Virus record (IMG/VR): IMGVR_UViG_3300047446_000164
Location: 1,868-65,867 of that record
Direction: 5' to 3' (one strand)
Length of the DNA: 64,000 bases
From: a virus
Taxonomy: Duplodnaviria > Caudoviricetes
The translations under genes were made by a program, and so were the position numbers. The notes under the pieces were generated by a model. The model was given only the letters and a program-made list of their open reading frames with translations. It was not told where the DNA came from and did not search any database. This document shows, one piece after another, positions 55,396 to 64,000 of the stretch. Every line of letters starts with the position of its first letter. The stretch's first letter is position 1.

Positions 55396-56087
55396 CGGGC
55401 GAATGCACAGAAGAGTGTTTCCTGCGCGACGTGGCCGACCACAAGATGATCGTGATCCGCGATGAGGGCGTGAATCGCCACATCCGGTTCAAGGAGCCGG
55501 GCACGAACAATCAGTATTTCGATCTGATCACCTGGCCCGGCCACCTCTGCTACACCGGCGACATGGGCACCTACGTGTTCCAACGCACCGAGGATATGTT
55601 CAGCTTCTTCCGTACGGAACGGGAATATAACCGCCAGCGCGGCCGGCGGCTGGCAATCAATCCCAGCTACTGGACCGAGAAGCTGATTGCGGTGCACGGC
55701 GGCCGCGATGGCGGCAAGGCGATGGAGTACGACGAGGCCCAATTCCGCCGCGTGATCAATCAGTACCGCGTTGACTGGATGCGCGGCGCTAAGGCCGATG
55801 GCCTGCTCGACGTCGACGGACGCCGTGCTCTATGGGAAGCCGTCGACGATGAGGTGTTCGGCGCGCCGGAGGACGGCGGGGTTGACCGCGCGCTGTGGGC
55901 GGCGCACGAGTTCAGTTACCGCGATGGCGACAGCACCGGCTCGCGCGGCAGTTGGCACTTCGAAGCGCTGTGGGAGCACCGGATGAAGGATTACACCTTC
56001 GGCATGGTCTGGTGCCTGTACGGCCTGGCATGGGGCATTGAGCAGTACGACACGGCCAAGCAGGCGGCCGAGGCGGTTGCAGCATGA
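55392..56087 (+). CDS. Hypothetical phage protein
   Basis: 231 aa, coupled. Confidence 0.7.
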   Translation: MTGECTEECFLRDVADHKMIVIRDEGVNRHIRFKEPGTNNQYFDLITWPGHLCYTGDMGTYVFQRTEDMFSFFRTEREYNRQRGRRLAINPSYWTEKLIAVHGGRDGGKAMEYDEAQFRRVINQYRVDWMRGAKADGLLDVDGRRALWEAVDDEVFGAPEDGGVDRALWAAHEFSYRDGDSTGSRGSWHFEALWEHRMKDYTFGMVWCLYGLAWGIEQYDTAKQAAEAVAA

Positions 56088-56392
56088 ACGAAGAGCAGAA
56101 AACTGGCACGAAGCGCGTTTCGATGTGCATCAGTGTGCGCGGCGCACTTGGCGAGTTGCAGCGTTCCCGCAAAAAGGGCTCGTACTGGACGGATGACAAC
56201 GGCAAGCCGCTGACGCGCTTGGAAGCCATAGACGCACTGTGCGATGACCTGGCCGCTGGGCGCGAGACGCTGCCGCTTGGGAAGGACTGCGCCAACCCCT
56301 GCCCTCACGCTGATGAGGGCTGCAAGGGGTTCGACTTCGGCAAAGGTGGCGGCTGCCCCGGCTACTGGATTGCGCCGGAGACACCGCCTTGA
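56084..56392 (+). CDS. Cys-rich hypothetical protein
   Basis: Coupled ORF. Confidence 0.6.
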   Translation: MNEEQKTGTKRVSMCISVRGALGELQRSRKKGSYWTDDNGKPLTRLEAIDALCDDLAAGRETLPLGKDCANPCPHADEGCKGFDFGKGGGCPGYWIAPETPP

Positions 56393-56853
56393 CCGACATC
56401 GTGTTGATGAAGGTCTCCAACATCCTCGTGCCACACGACGAGGCTGCGGCGGCCTTCATCCAGAAAATGAAAGCCGGCGAGTTGACCCACGCCGATTTTA
56501 AACGGGTCAGGAATTACAGGTTTCACAAGAAATACTTCGCGCTGCTGGACTTTGCTTTTGAGCAGTGGGAGCCACGCGGCGGCCTGACCTACAAGGGCAT
56601 CCCGGTGGCGAAGAACAAGGAGCGCTTCCGCAAGGATCTGATAATCCTCGCCGGCTTCTACGAGTCGACGGTGAACATCCGTAGCGAGGTGCGCCTGGAG
56701 GCGAAGAGCATTAGCTTCGCCCAGATGGACGAAATTGAATTTGAGGCGCTGTACAGCAAAACCATTGACGTGGTGCTGCAGCGAATTTTGAAGAACTACT
56801 CGCGTGACGACTTGAATGCGGTCGTTGACGAGCTACTGCGGTTCGACCGCTGA
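56389..56853 (+). CDS. DUF1367 (NinB-related) protein
   Basis: RNYRFHKKYFALL, AKSISFAQMDE.EF. Confidence 0.8.
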   Translation: MTDIVLMKVSNILVPHDEAAAAFIQKMKAGELTHADFKRVRNYRFHKKYFALLDFAFEQWEPRGGLTYKGIPVAKNKERFRKDLIILAGFYESTVNIRSEVRLEAKSISFAQMDEIEFEALYSKTIDVVLQRILKNYSRDDLNAVVDELLRFDR

Positions 56854-56856
56854 AGG

Positions 56857-57144
56857 ATGGATATGGAACAAATTCGCAACAAGATCATTCGCGTCGGCGG
56901 CGCCGAAGAAGCGATCACCGGTCGCGCCACTATTGCCGGGATTGAAAGCGCCATCAACGCGGAAACGCTGGACACCGTGAACCTGCGCGACGGGCGTGTA
57001 ATGTTGGTCGACGATCTGGGCATCAGTAAGAAATTGCCGGTGAATGAGGTGGCCACGAAGCTGTACCACAGCGTATGCCGCAAGGGCACCACTGCCCAGA
57101 TCCACGGCGACGTCGCCGTAGTGTACGACGAAGATTTCGCTTAA
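56857..57144 (+). CDS. Hypothetical protein (DUF3846-like)
   Basis: MLVDDLG..KKLPVN..AT...IHGD. Confidence 0.6.
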   Translation: MDMEQIRNKIIRVGGAEEAITGRATIAGIESAINAETLDTVNLRDGRVMLVDDLGISKKLPVNEVATKLYHSVCRKGTTAQIHGDVAVVYDEDFA

Positions 57145-57152
57145 GGACCGCC

Positions 57153-58628
57153 ATGTTCAAAAACCTTCAGATATATCGCCTGCCGCGCAACTGGTCGATG
57201 ACCGCCGAAGCGCTGGCCAGCGCCCTGTCCTCCAACACCTTCACGCCTGCCAGCAGCAACGAGCTGCTGCGCGAAGGCTGGGCTCCGCCGCGCGCCGCCG
57301 GCCAGCTGGTGCACGCCGTGAACGGTCAGTTCTTGATCAAGCTGCAGAGCGAGAAGAAGCTGCTGCCGGCGACGGTGATCAACCAGGTGGCTGCCGACCG
57401 CGCCGCCGAGATGGAAGAGGCCCAGGGCTTCGCGCCAGGCAAGAAGGCGATGAAGGAACTAAAGGAGCGCGTCGCCGACGAACTGCTGCCGCGCGCGTTC
57501 TCTATCGCCAGCACCACCCTCGCCTGGATCGATCCGAAAAGTGGTTGGCTGGTAGTGGATGCGGCCAGCCCGTCGAAGGCGGACAACGTGATCAAGTTGC
57601 TGCTAAAGGCGGTCGACCGGATGCCGCTGGAAAGCCTGCGCGTGCAGCGCTCGCCGGTCGGCGTGATGACCGAATGGCTGCAAACCGACGAGGCGCCGGC
57701 CGGCTTCACGGTCGACCAGGACGCCACGCTGCGCGCCACCGGCGAGAGCAAGGCGCAGGTCCAGTACAAGCGCCACACGCTGGGCGGTGCCGAGGTCGCG
57801 GAACACATCAAGGCCGGCAAGCAGTGCACGCGCCTGGCCATGACGTGGGACAGCAAGATCAGCTTCGTGCTGGACGAGAGCCTCGCGGTCAAGTCGGTGA
57901 AGCTGCTGGACGTGCTGACGGAAGATTCGCGTGGCTCGATCCGCAACGACGACGAGCGCTTCGACGGCGACTTCGCGCTGATGACCGGCGAGCTGGCCAA
58001 GCTGATGGCCGACTTGGTCGAGGCGCTGGGCGGCGAGGTGACGATGGATGCGCCGGGCGAGCAGAAGTCGGCGCCGGCACGCGTCAGCCAGCAGAAGCTG
58101 GAGCGCGCGGTAGGCCTGTCGGCCGAGCTGTACAAGGTCCGTGCCATGCACCGCGACGTGCTGGCCGACCTGTACGAGCAGACCGTGCAACCGTACATCG
58201 ACCGCGTGCGTGAGCAGATGGCTGTCAGCAGTGAAGACGCGATCAAGGCGGCGCTCGTGCTGGCCAATGCCTTGCCCACTGGCTCCACCTCCGCGCAGAT
58301 GATGCTGGTGGCAGCCGTCGAAATCGTGGAGCCGACGCAGCGCGCGGCCAAGGGTGATGAGCCGGTGCGGGCGCAGCGCCCGGTAAATGCTCACGGCCTG
58401 GAAGACCAGCCCGCCGGCGACGGCAGCGCCAGCGATCCGCTGTACGACCAGGCCGTGGCCGTGGTGCGCACCAATCAGCGCGCATCGATATCGCTGATCC
58501 AGCGCCACCTGCGGATCGGCTACAACCGGGCGGCGCGGCTGCTGGAGGCGATGGAAGGATCGGTCGTCGGGCCGGCAGGGTTGAATGGCAACCGCGAATT
58601 GATACCTAAGCAGGCGGTGAGTCGCTAA
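57153..58628 (+). CDS. rdgC: RdgC fused to a C-terminal FtsK gamma-like wHTH
   Basis: MFKNLQIYRL...ELLPRAF...DFALM; DPLYDQAV...ASISLIQRHLRIGYNRAARL. Confidence 0.88.
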   Translation: MFKNLQIYRLPRNWSMTAEALASALSSNTFTPASSNELLREGWAPPRAAGQLVHAVNGQFLIKLQSEKKLLPATVINQVAADRAAEMEEAQGFAPGKKAMKELKERVADELLPRAFSIASTTLAWIDPKSGWLVVDAASPSKADNVIKLLLKAVDRMPLESLRVQRSPVGVMTEWLQTDEAPAGFTVDQDATLRATGESKAQVQYKRHTLGGAEVAEHIKAGKQCTRLAMTWDSKISFVLDESLAVKSVKLLDVLTEDSRGSIRNDDERFDGDFALMTGELAKLMADLVEALGGEVTMDAPGEQKSAPARVSQQKLERAVGLSAELYKVRAMHRDVLADLYEQTVQPYIDRVREQMAVSSEDAIKAALVLANALPTGSTSAQMMLVAAVEIVEPTQRAAKGDEPVRAQRPVNAHGLEDQPAGDGSASDPLYDQAVAVVRTNQRASISLIQRHLRIGYNRAARLLEAMEGSVVGPAGLNGNRELIPKQAVSR

Positions 58629-58645
58629 TTACCGCTCGTCCAGAA

Positions 58646-59335
58646 CTATTTAGCTTCCGATTTCATTGGGGTAAGACTGAACCACGAAGGGGTTAGATCG
58701 CCAGGAGTGAGTCCATTGATGGAGAACGTGAACGTGAATAAGAATGTCCAGAAAATGAACAGTGCGATTCCAATGTATATCGGAATTCGGCTCACGGAAG
58801 GCTTCCATAAAATAAGGAGGTCAATGATCTTCCCTAGCCACGTCGGTTCGCGCCTTATGAGTTCTTTTTTGGTCTCTGTCTTGACGGCGCCCCTGACTTG
58901 CGACAACAAGTCACTCGCACGGGCTGGATGGCAGTTCGCGGCCAGGAGAATAGCAGCTTCCTCTGCACTGAGATCCTTGCCGTCAGCAGTGAAGAACTGT
59001 GTTACTCGCGGGTGGTCTTTCAACTCATCCAACAACCAAACCTCGACCGTCTTTGATGCCCTCTCCCATCGCATTTGCCAGTACTTGGAGCCCGCCGCCA
59101 TGCAAACCTGCGCCCACGAAGTCACTACGCCGATTAGGCAAACGGCAAAGCTAATTACCGGGGCTGCCGCACCACCAGACTGAATAAGGCCCGCAATAAG
59201 CACGCCTTGGAAAATCATAAAGAAATTGTTTCGTTGCGTCAGTTGACTGATCTCAAACTCTCGCTGGCGTAAGGCTAGCTCAAGCGCTCGATCAAGACTT
59301 CCCATCGCAGAGAGCTTTTCTTCGGTAGTGGCCAC
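58646..59335 (-). CDS. Counter-strand membrane protein (RipA/8xMP-like)
   Basis: REFEISQLTQRNNFFMIFQGVL, about 3 TMs, SKYWQ..WE; AT-rich. Confidence 0.6.
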   Translation of the reverse strand: MATTEEKLSAMGSLDRALELALRQREFEISQLTQRNNFFMIFQGVLIAGLIQSGGAAAPVISFAVCLIGVVTSWAQVCMAAGSKYWQMRWERASKTVEVWLLDELKDHPRVTQFFTADGKDLSAEEAAILLAANCHPARASDLLSQVRGAVKTETKKELIRREPTWLGKIIDLLILWKPSVSRIPIYIGIALFIFWTFLFTFTFSINGLTPGDLTPSWFSLTPMKSEAK

Positions 59336-59374
59336 GGATCACCCAATTTTAATTGTTAATAGGAAAATAATAAC

Positions 59375-60154
59375 ATGAGCAAGGAGCACTCAGTCCTCTT
59401 CAGCACGCCAATGATCCAAGCGCTGCTCGATGGCAGCAAGACCCAAACGCGCCGCGTGGTGAAGCTGCGCGAGCTGGCCGGAGACTACTTCGAAGGCGGC
59501 GCCGCCGGCGTCGAGTTCGACGGCTTCCGTATTCCGCGCAATAGTGGACCGGCCCCGGCGCAATTAAGTGCCGAGGCTGTCGGCGGCGGTGCCTTCCTCA
59601 GCGAGGAACTGTATTGCCCATACGGTCAGCCAGGCGAAAGGATTTGGGCGCGTGAGACCTTCTACGCCTACGGCCACTGGGAAACGCGCTTCAGCGCGAA
59701 GAAGAAGCGCGACGAATGGCACTTCATCGATATGACTATCGAATGCGACCGCCGCTACCAGTACGCGGCGGACAATCCGGGCCTGCCGCTAACGACCGGG
59801 CGCGGCGGTGCCCTGCCTGGGTGGCACAAACGCCCGGCCATCTTCATGCCGCGCGCGGCATGCCGGATCCTGCTGGACATCACCGCCGTGCGTGTCGAGC
59901 GGTTGAACGACTGCAGCGAATCAGACGCGCTGGCGGAGGGCATTAGCACCGTGCGCAACGCTGAGTGGGATGCCGCGCATTTTCCCGAATGGAAGCGCGA
60001 ATTCGACGCCGTGTGCGCGCGCGGCAATAAGCCTCCAATCGGCCCGATGCCGAGCCAGACGTATGCGGCACTTTGGGAGTCGATCAACGGCGCCGGCAGC
60101 TGGGCGGCAAATCCATGGGTGTGGTGCGTCGAATTTAGCCGGGTGCTGCCATGA
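59375..60154 (+). CDS. ASCH/PUA-like protein
   Basis: ALLDGSKTQTRR, PAIFMPR, NPWVW. Confidence 0.75.
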   Translation: MSKEHSVLFSTPMIQALLDGSKTQTRRVVKLRELAGDYFEGGAAGVEFDGFRIPRNSGPAPAQLSAEAVGGGAFLSEELYCPYGQPGERIWARETFYAYGHWETRFSAKKKRDEWHFIDMTIECDRRYQYAADNPGLPLTTGRGGALPGWHKRPAIFMPRAACRILLDITAVRVERLNDCSESDALAEGISTVRNAEWDAAHFPEWKREFDAVCARGNKPPIGPMPSQTYAALWESINGAGSWAANPWVWCVEFSRVLP

Positions 60155-60531
60155 AGGAAGCTCACGATCACCACCGTGTCAGCCCGGAAGGTAAAAAGCT
60201 CGGATCGATATCAGCCAAACTTGCCGACAGCGAGTGCGCCGCGCTGGCACGCGAGGGTGAGGACGACGAACGCTGCAAGTCCTGCGCCTTCCGCGCCGGC
60301 ACGGTGCCGAACGGATGTCTGCAAACACAGCTCGATGTGATGAAGGCTGTGGCAGAGGACATCCCGTTCATGTGTCACCAGCACCTGGACCGGCGCGGCC
60401 GGCCATCGAAGATATGCCACGGCTGGTTCGCCGCGCGACGCGTGGTCGGCCGAATCGAGGCGGCAACGGGCAGGAAAATGCCGATGGCGCCATATGAATT
60501 TTCACCACCTGACCAACAGGAGACGCTGTGA
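60151..60531 (+). CDS. Cys-rich hypothetical protein
   Basis: CKSCAFR, FMCH, CHGW. Confidence 0.65.
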   Translation: MKEAHDHHRVSPEGKKLGSISAKLADSECAALAREGEDDERCKSCAFRAGTVPNGCLQTQLDVMKAVAEDIPFMCHQHLDRRGRPSKICHGWFAARRVVGRIEAATGRKMPMAPYEFSPPDQQETL

Positions 60532-60646
60532 ACGAAGACCTGCAAGCCCCGATACAGAGCGATGCGCACTGCCGGTGCCGCGCATGGCAGATCATCGCCC
60601 TGCTCTACGGCTTGGCGGCGGTGGCCAACCTCTGGTGGTGGGTGTC

Positions 60647-60880
60647 GTGAGCGCGCGCGACGCAATGCCACAGCCGACGGCGCGCGACCTGGCCGAGCAG
60701 CACGACATGCGCATCCACCGCGCAAAGCAGCGCTGCCGGCCGATCCTGCACGCTGGCACGAAGAAGTTCATCGCCGGCTTCTGCTGGCACAAGGGCGACG
60801 ACGAGATGGTCGTCTACCTGGAGGGCGTGCCTGGGAAGGTACGTCCGTGTGAAGTAACGATTATTGAGGAAGCAACATGA
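60647..60880 (+). CDS. Hypothetical protein
   Basis: GTG-coupled ORF. Confidence 0.5.
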   Translation: MSARDAMPQPTARDLAEQHDMRIHRAKQRCRPILHAGTKKFIAGFCWHKGDDEMVVYLEGVPGKVRPCEVTIIEEAT

Positions 60881-61905
60881 ACGAGAAAACTACGGCAGCG
60901 CCGAAGCACGACAGCTTGCGCGACCTGATCGGCCAAGCCATCAGCGACGAGATCGCCGCCGGCGCCGAACAGCCCGACTGGTACGACAGTCGAGAGATCG
61001 ACCGGCTGGCCGACGCGGTGATGGCCGTGCTGCCGAAGCGCCACACCACCCCGTCGCCTGAACTGCGTGCGGCGCTGGACGAGGCGGCGAAGACTGGCGC
61101 AACCGTAACCGAGCTGCCGGGCGGCGGCCTAGTCTTCATAAATCGCGGTGAGCAGCTGGAAGATGGTCCCGAGTTGAACTGTCCAGCATGCGGAGGCAGC
61201 GGCCATGCCGATGATGCACGCGGCGCGGCAACTGAGGGGGCTGATGACGCATTTGCCGCATTCTGTGATCGTGAGGGTTACCCGAGTGATGGGCCATTCG
61301 ACGCCGCGCTGCGCAAGGCTTTCGACGCTGGCCAGGCCACCATACCGCCAGCAGATGCAGCGCCAGTGAATGGGGAGAAGCTGCGAGCGCAGGGTCGCGC
61401 CGAAGCGCTAGCAATCCTGATGGGACTGAGCGCCGAGGGCGGAATTGATGCATACACCGGCTGGAGTAAGCCAGTAGGCCCGGAAGATGAAGGCGATGCC
61501 TACTGGGATGAGCCGAAGCTTCGCGAACTGTTCGCAGTTGATGGCACTCTGGCCGACATGATGAACAAAGCCGAGGCGGAGCACTACCAATACCTAGGCA
61601 TGCAGCAAGAAGCCGAGCACGCCAAGAATTTGGCATCCAACATGCACAACAGCGGCAAAGTGCGCGACGTGCTGGCAAAGGCTGGCGAGTTCGGCCTCAT
61701 CGCCGATCTGTGCCACGACGCCCAGCCATCCACCGCGCAGGGTGATGCGATGGGCCATCAATCGGCGCCGACCGCGCAGCAAGAGCGCGCCTGGTACAAG
61801 GACTGGCTCGCCGGCCTGGACGGCGATCTCACGGTCGACCAAATCGAGTTCGGCCGGCGCGTGTGGGCTGAGCGCGCTCGCCGCGCGGCGGAAGGTGGTG
61901 TGTGA
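60877..61905 (+). CDS. Hypothetical mosaic protein
   Basis: 342 aa with CPACGGSG. Confidence 0.65.
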   Translation: MNEKTTAAPKHDSLRDLIGQAISDEIAAGAEQPDWYDSREIDRLADAVMAVLPKRHTTPSPELRAALDEAAKTGATVTELPGGGLVFINRGEQLEDGPELNCPACGGSGHADDARGAATEGADDAFAAFCDREGYPSDGPFDAALRKAFDAGQATIPPADAAPVNGEKLRAQGRAEALAILMGLSAEGGIDAYTGWSKPVGPEDEGDAYWDEPKLRELFAVDGTLADMMNKAEAEHYQYLGMQQEAEHAKNLASNMHNSGKVRDVLAKAGEFGLIADLCHDAQPSTAQGDAMGHQSAPTAQQERAWYKDWLAGLDGDLTVDQIEFGRRVWAERARRAAEGGV

Positions 61906-62165
61906 TGCCGGCGCCGGACTACACCCCGAAGGTCCCAATGACTGAAGCGCAGCGAGAACAGCTGCGCAGCGTTGTCACGCGACCAGTCACGCTCGACGAC
62001 GTGCTGTATGGCATCCAGGTCCTGGCGGATAAGGTCGAGCGACTGGAAGCGGTCATTGCGCCGCGCCGCTCGCCGCTTGCGCTAGATCCGGATGACATCG
62101 CCCGCACGATGGCCATGCTGCGGAGCGCACGCCCCGTACAACCCAAAAAGGAGACCCCTCCATGA
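61902..62165 (+). CDS. Hypothetical protein
   Basis: Coupled ORF. Confidence 0.55.
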   Translation: MMPAPDYTPKVPMTEAQREQLRSVVTRPVTLDDVLYGIQVLADKVERLEAVIAPRRSPLALDPDDIARTMAMLRSARPVQPKKETPP

Positions 62166-62422
62166 TGTACAGCCAAGAAGAACGCCGCCGGATTGCCGAG
62201 TTGATGCTCGAACTGGAACGACAGCCGACGGCCCAGCGGCCAGCCCAAGCGGTGCAGGCGCGCTACGTCACTTTGCAGGAGTGGGCCAAAATCAACTTCT
62301 CCAGGGTGCCTCATAACAACACGCTGTTGCGCTGGGTCAATGAAGGACGTATTCAGCCTCAGCCGGAGAAAATCGGCCGCATCTGGCGCATTCGGCGCGA
62401 GGCGGTATATCGGGGTGATTAA
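62162..62422 (+). CDS. xis: Excisionase
   Basis: VTLQEWA...TLLRWVNEGRIQPQPEKIGRIWR; directly before int. Confidence 0.88.
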   Translation: MMYSQEERRRIAELMLELERQPTAQRPAQAVQARYVTLQEWAKINFSRVPHNNTLLRWVNEGRIQPQPEKIGRIWRIRREAVYRGD

Positions 62423-63537
62423 TGGGACGTAAAAGACTTGCGAAAAACCGGGGATTCCCGCCAAACCTATATCAGAATAGCGCGGGCTACTATTATTATT
62501 TGCATCCTAAAAGCCGCAAAGTGAAAGGACTAGGCAGAGACAAGGCGAATGCATATCAGGAAGCTCGCGCGGCAAACGCGGCGCTAGCGAACGATACGCC
62601 TTCAAGCCTCGTCGATTGGGTGCTCGGGAAAACGGACTACACGTTGGCAGGCTGGATGCCAATCTACAGGAAGCTGTGGCTTGAACAGAAGGATAAGCCA
62701 CCCGCACGGAACACTGTGCGGGCATTCGACCTGTCGATCCGAAAGATCGGCGAGGCGGATTATGCATGGCGAAGACTTCCCGCCGTCGAGACTGCGCACA
62801 TTGCAGCCCATCTCATCGACTTGACTGAAAACAGTGGCCCAGCATCCGCGCTTGCGGTACGCATCCGACTAGCCGACGCATTCCGGATGGCGGAAACACA
62901 GGGCCTGATTCCAAAAGGAAGTAACCCGGTCACGAGCACCTACACCCCGTCGAAGCATGTGAAGCGGGAGCGCCTATCGCTGGACCAGTTCAATGCAATC
63001 CGCGCAAAGGCGCCGCATTGGTTGAAAAATGCAATGGACCTCGCATTGGTCACCGCCCAGCGCCGCGAGGACGTCGCGAACATGAAATTTTCCGACTTTT
63101 ACGACGGTCATCTCCATGTGGTGCAGGGCAAGGGAGGCGGTGCGACCAGGCTGAGAATAGCTGGAGCAACAAGGCTAAGTGCTGTCGGAATGTCCATCGA
63201 ATCAGTCATTAAAGGGTGCCGCGATCACGTATTGAGCCCGTACATCGTGCACCATATTGCCAAGGTAAATCAGGTGCACGCAGGTGCTGGAGTTACGATT
63301 AATGGCATCTCGAATGCCTTTCAGCGCGCGCGCGAGGCTGCCGAAATTCTCCCAGCAGAGGGGCGGACACCGCCAAGCTTCCACGAGATTCGAAGTCTCG
63401 CAGAACGACTCTATCGCGATGAATACGGCGCCGAGTTTGCTCAGGCAATTCTAGGGCACAAGCATGCTAGCATGACGGCTAAGTATGACGATATGCGGGG
63501 GCAAGGTTGGGATGTGGTGGTGCCGAAAATTTTATAA
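62422..63537 (+). CDS. int: Lambda-like tyrosine integrase
   Basis: Arm-binding N-terminus PPNLY; AQRRED, HEIR, LGH, TAKY. Confidence 0.96.
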   Translation: MGRKRLAKNRGFPPNLYQNSAGYYYYLHPKSRKVKGLGRDKANAYQEARAANAALANDTPSSLVDWVLGKTDYTLAGWMPIYRKLWLEQKDKPPARNTVRAFDLSIRKIGEADYAWRRLPAVETAHIAAHLIDLTENSGPASALAVRIRLADAFRMAETQGLIPKGSNPVTSTYTPSKHVKRERLSLDQFNAIRAKAPHWLKNAMDLALVTAQRREDVANMKFSDFYDGHLHVVQGKGGGATRLRIAGATRLSAVGMSIESVIKGCRDHVLSPYIVHHIAKVNQVHAGAGVTINGISNAFQRAREAAEILPAEGRTPPSFHEIRSLAERLYRDEYGAEFAQAILGHKHASMTAKYDDMRGQGWDVVVPKIL

Positions 63538-63612
63538 AAGTATTCAACGAATTTTATAAATTACTGCGGAAAGCCTTTACCTAAAGGCTCTACGTTCCCC
63601 TATGTTATATGC
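63526..63612. other. Candidate att region
   Basis: AT-rich, two AATTTTATAAA repeats, junction with a truncated host-type gene. Confidence 0.6.
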
Positions 63613-64000
63613 GGCGTGTAGCTGGCTGGATTGCCGGTGATGCCCGCTTTGTGCAGCGCGCTGTTCAGGTTACGGTACAGCGCCGCCACACCGGTCACGC
63701 CATCGCCGCCAGTTAGCACGAACGGCCGGTTGCGGGCGCGATTGACGAAGGTCTGTGCGGTGTCGAAGCTGGCTACAAAGGGCGGCGTAACGCCGGCCAC
63801 CTGCGTTGCTGCTTGCGACGCGCGCGCGATCAGCGCATCCGGCATGCCGGCAAAATCGCCCAGATTACACAAAGTGCAGTGCAGTTTGGCGTCGGCAATC
63901 GGCCGGCCTTGCATGCCATGCTGCGCTTTCAGCGTCGCCGTTAGCGCGCCGATGTCGGCGATGGCCGGAGCATCCGGCGCGATGGCGAAGAAGATCCGGT
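63600..64000 (-). pseudogene. Host 2H phosphoesterase (ThpR/2'-5' RNA ligase-like), 3'-truncated
   Basis: RIFFAI..LHCTL..YTPHIT followed immediately by TAG; start outside window. Confidence 0.7.

Larger units (their letters stand above)
1..63605. mobile_element. Lambdoid siphovirus-type prophage (left end outside window)
   Basis: Complete modular order of lysis, tail, head, terminase, Q, replication, cro/cI, recombination, xis and int; a host-type gene begins right after int. Confidence 0.97.

Noticed and set aside
1-64000. CRISPR array, rRNA, IS element
   Set aside because: No regularly spaced repeats, rRNA signatures or transposase recognised by eye

Overview
Almost the whole window (1 to about 63600) is one lambdoid, siphovirus-type prophage in GC-rich DNA. 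The host is probably a betaproteobacterium such as an Oxalobacteraceae member; this is inferred from the PEP-CTERM gene, GAAAGG-type RBSs and the small-protein families. The minus strand carries lysis (spanins, lambda-R-type endolysin, holin), tail, head, packaging, Q-like antiterminator, replication, NinG/DNA-modification and cro genes. The plus strand carries cI, a 4.7-kb accessory island, the pL early operon (ERF, YqaJ, KTSC, RdgC fusion), xis and int. The right junction appears to truncate a host 2H phosphoesterase (ThpR-like) gene, and the left junction is outside the window. Main points of interest: (1) a toxin-antitoxin-chaperone (HigB/HigA/SecB-like) cassette whose antitoxin ends in an ssrA-tag-like sequence; (2) three candidate DNA-modification enzymes, one a stand-alone TGT/DpdA-like protein; (3) a major capsid protein with a signal-peptide-like leader; (4) a secreted H-type-lectin protein and a PEP-CTERM protein as morons; (5) several structured non-coding elements (an RBS pseudoknot, GGA-loop hairpins, long multistem RNAs); (6) two tandem paralog pairs of unknown function. 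All family names come from motif recognition by eye; no database searches were run.
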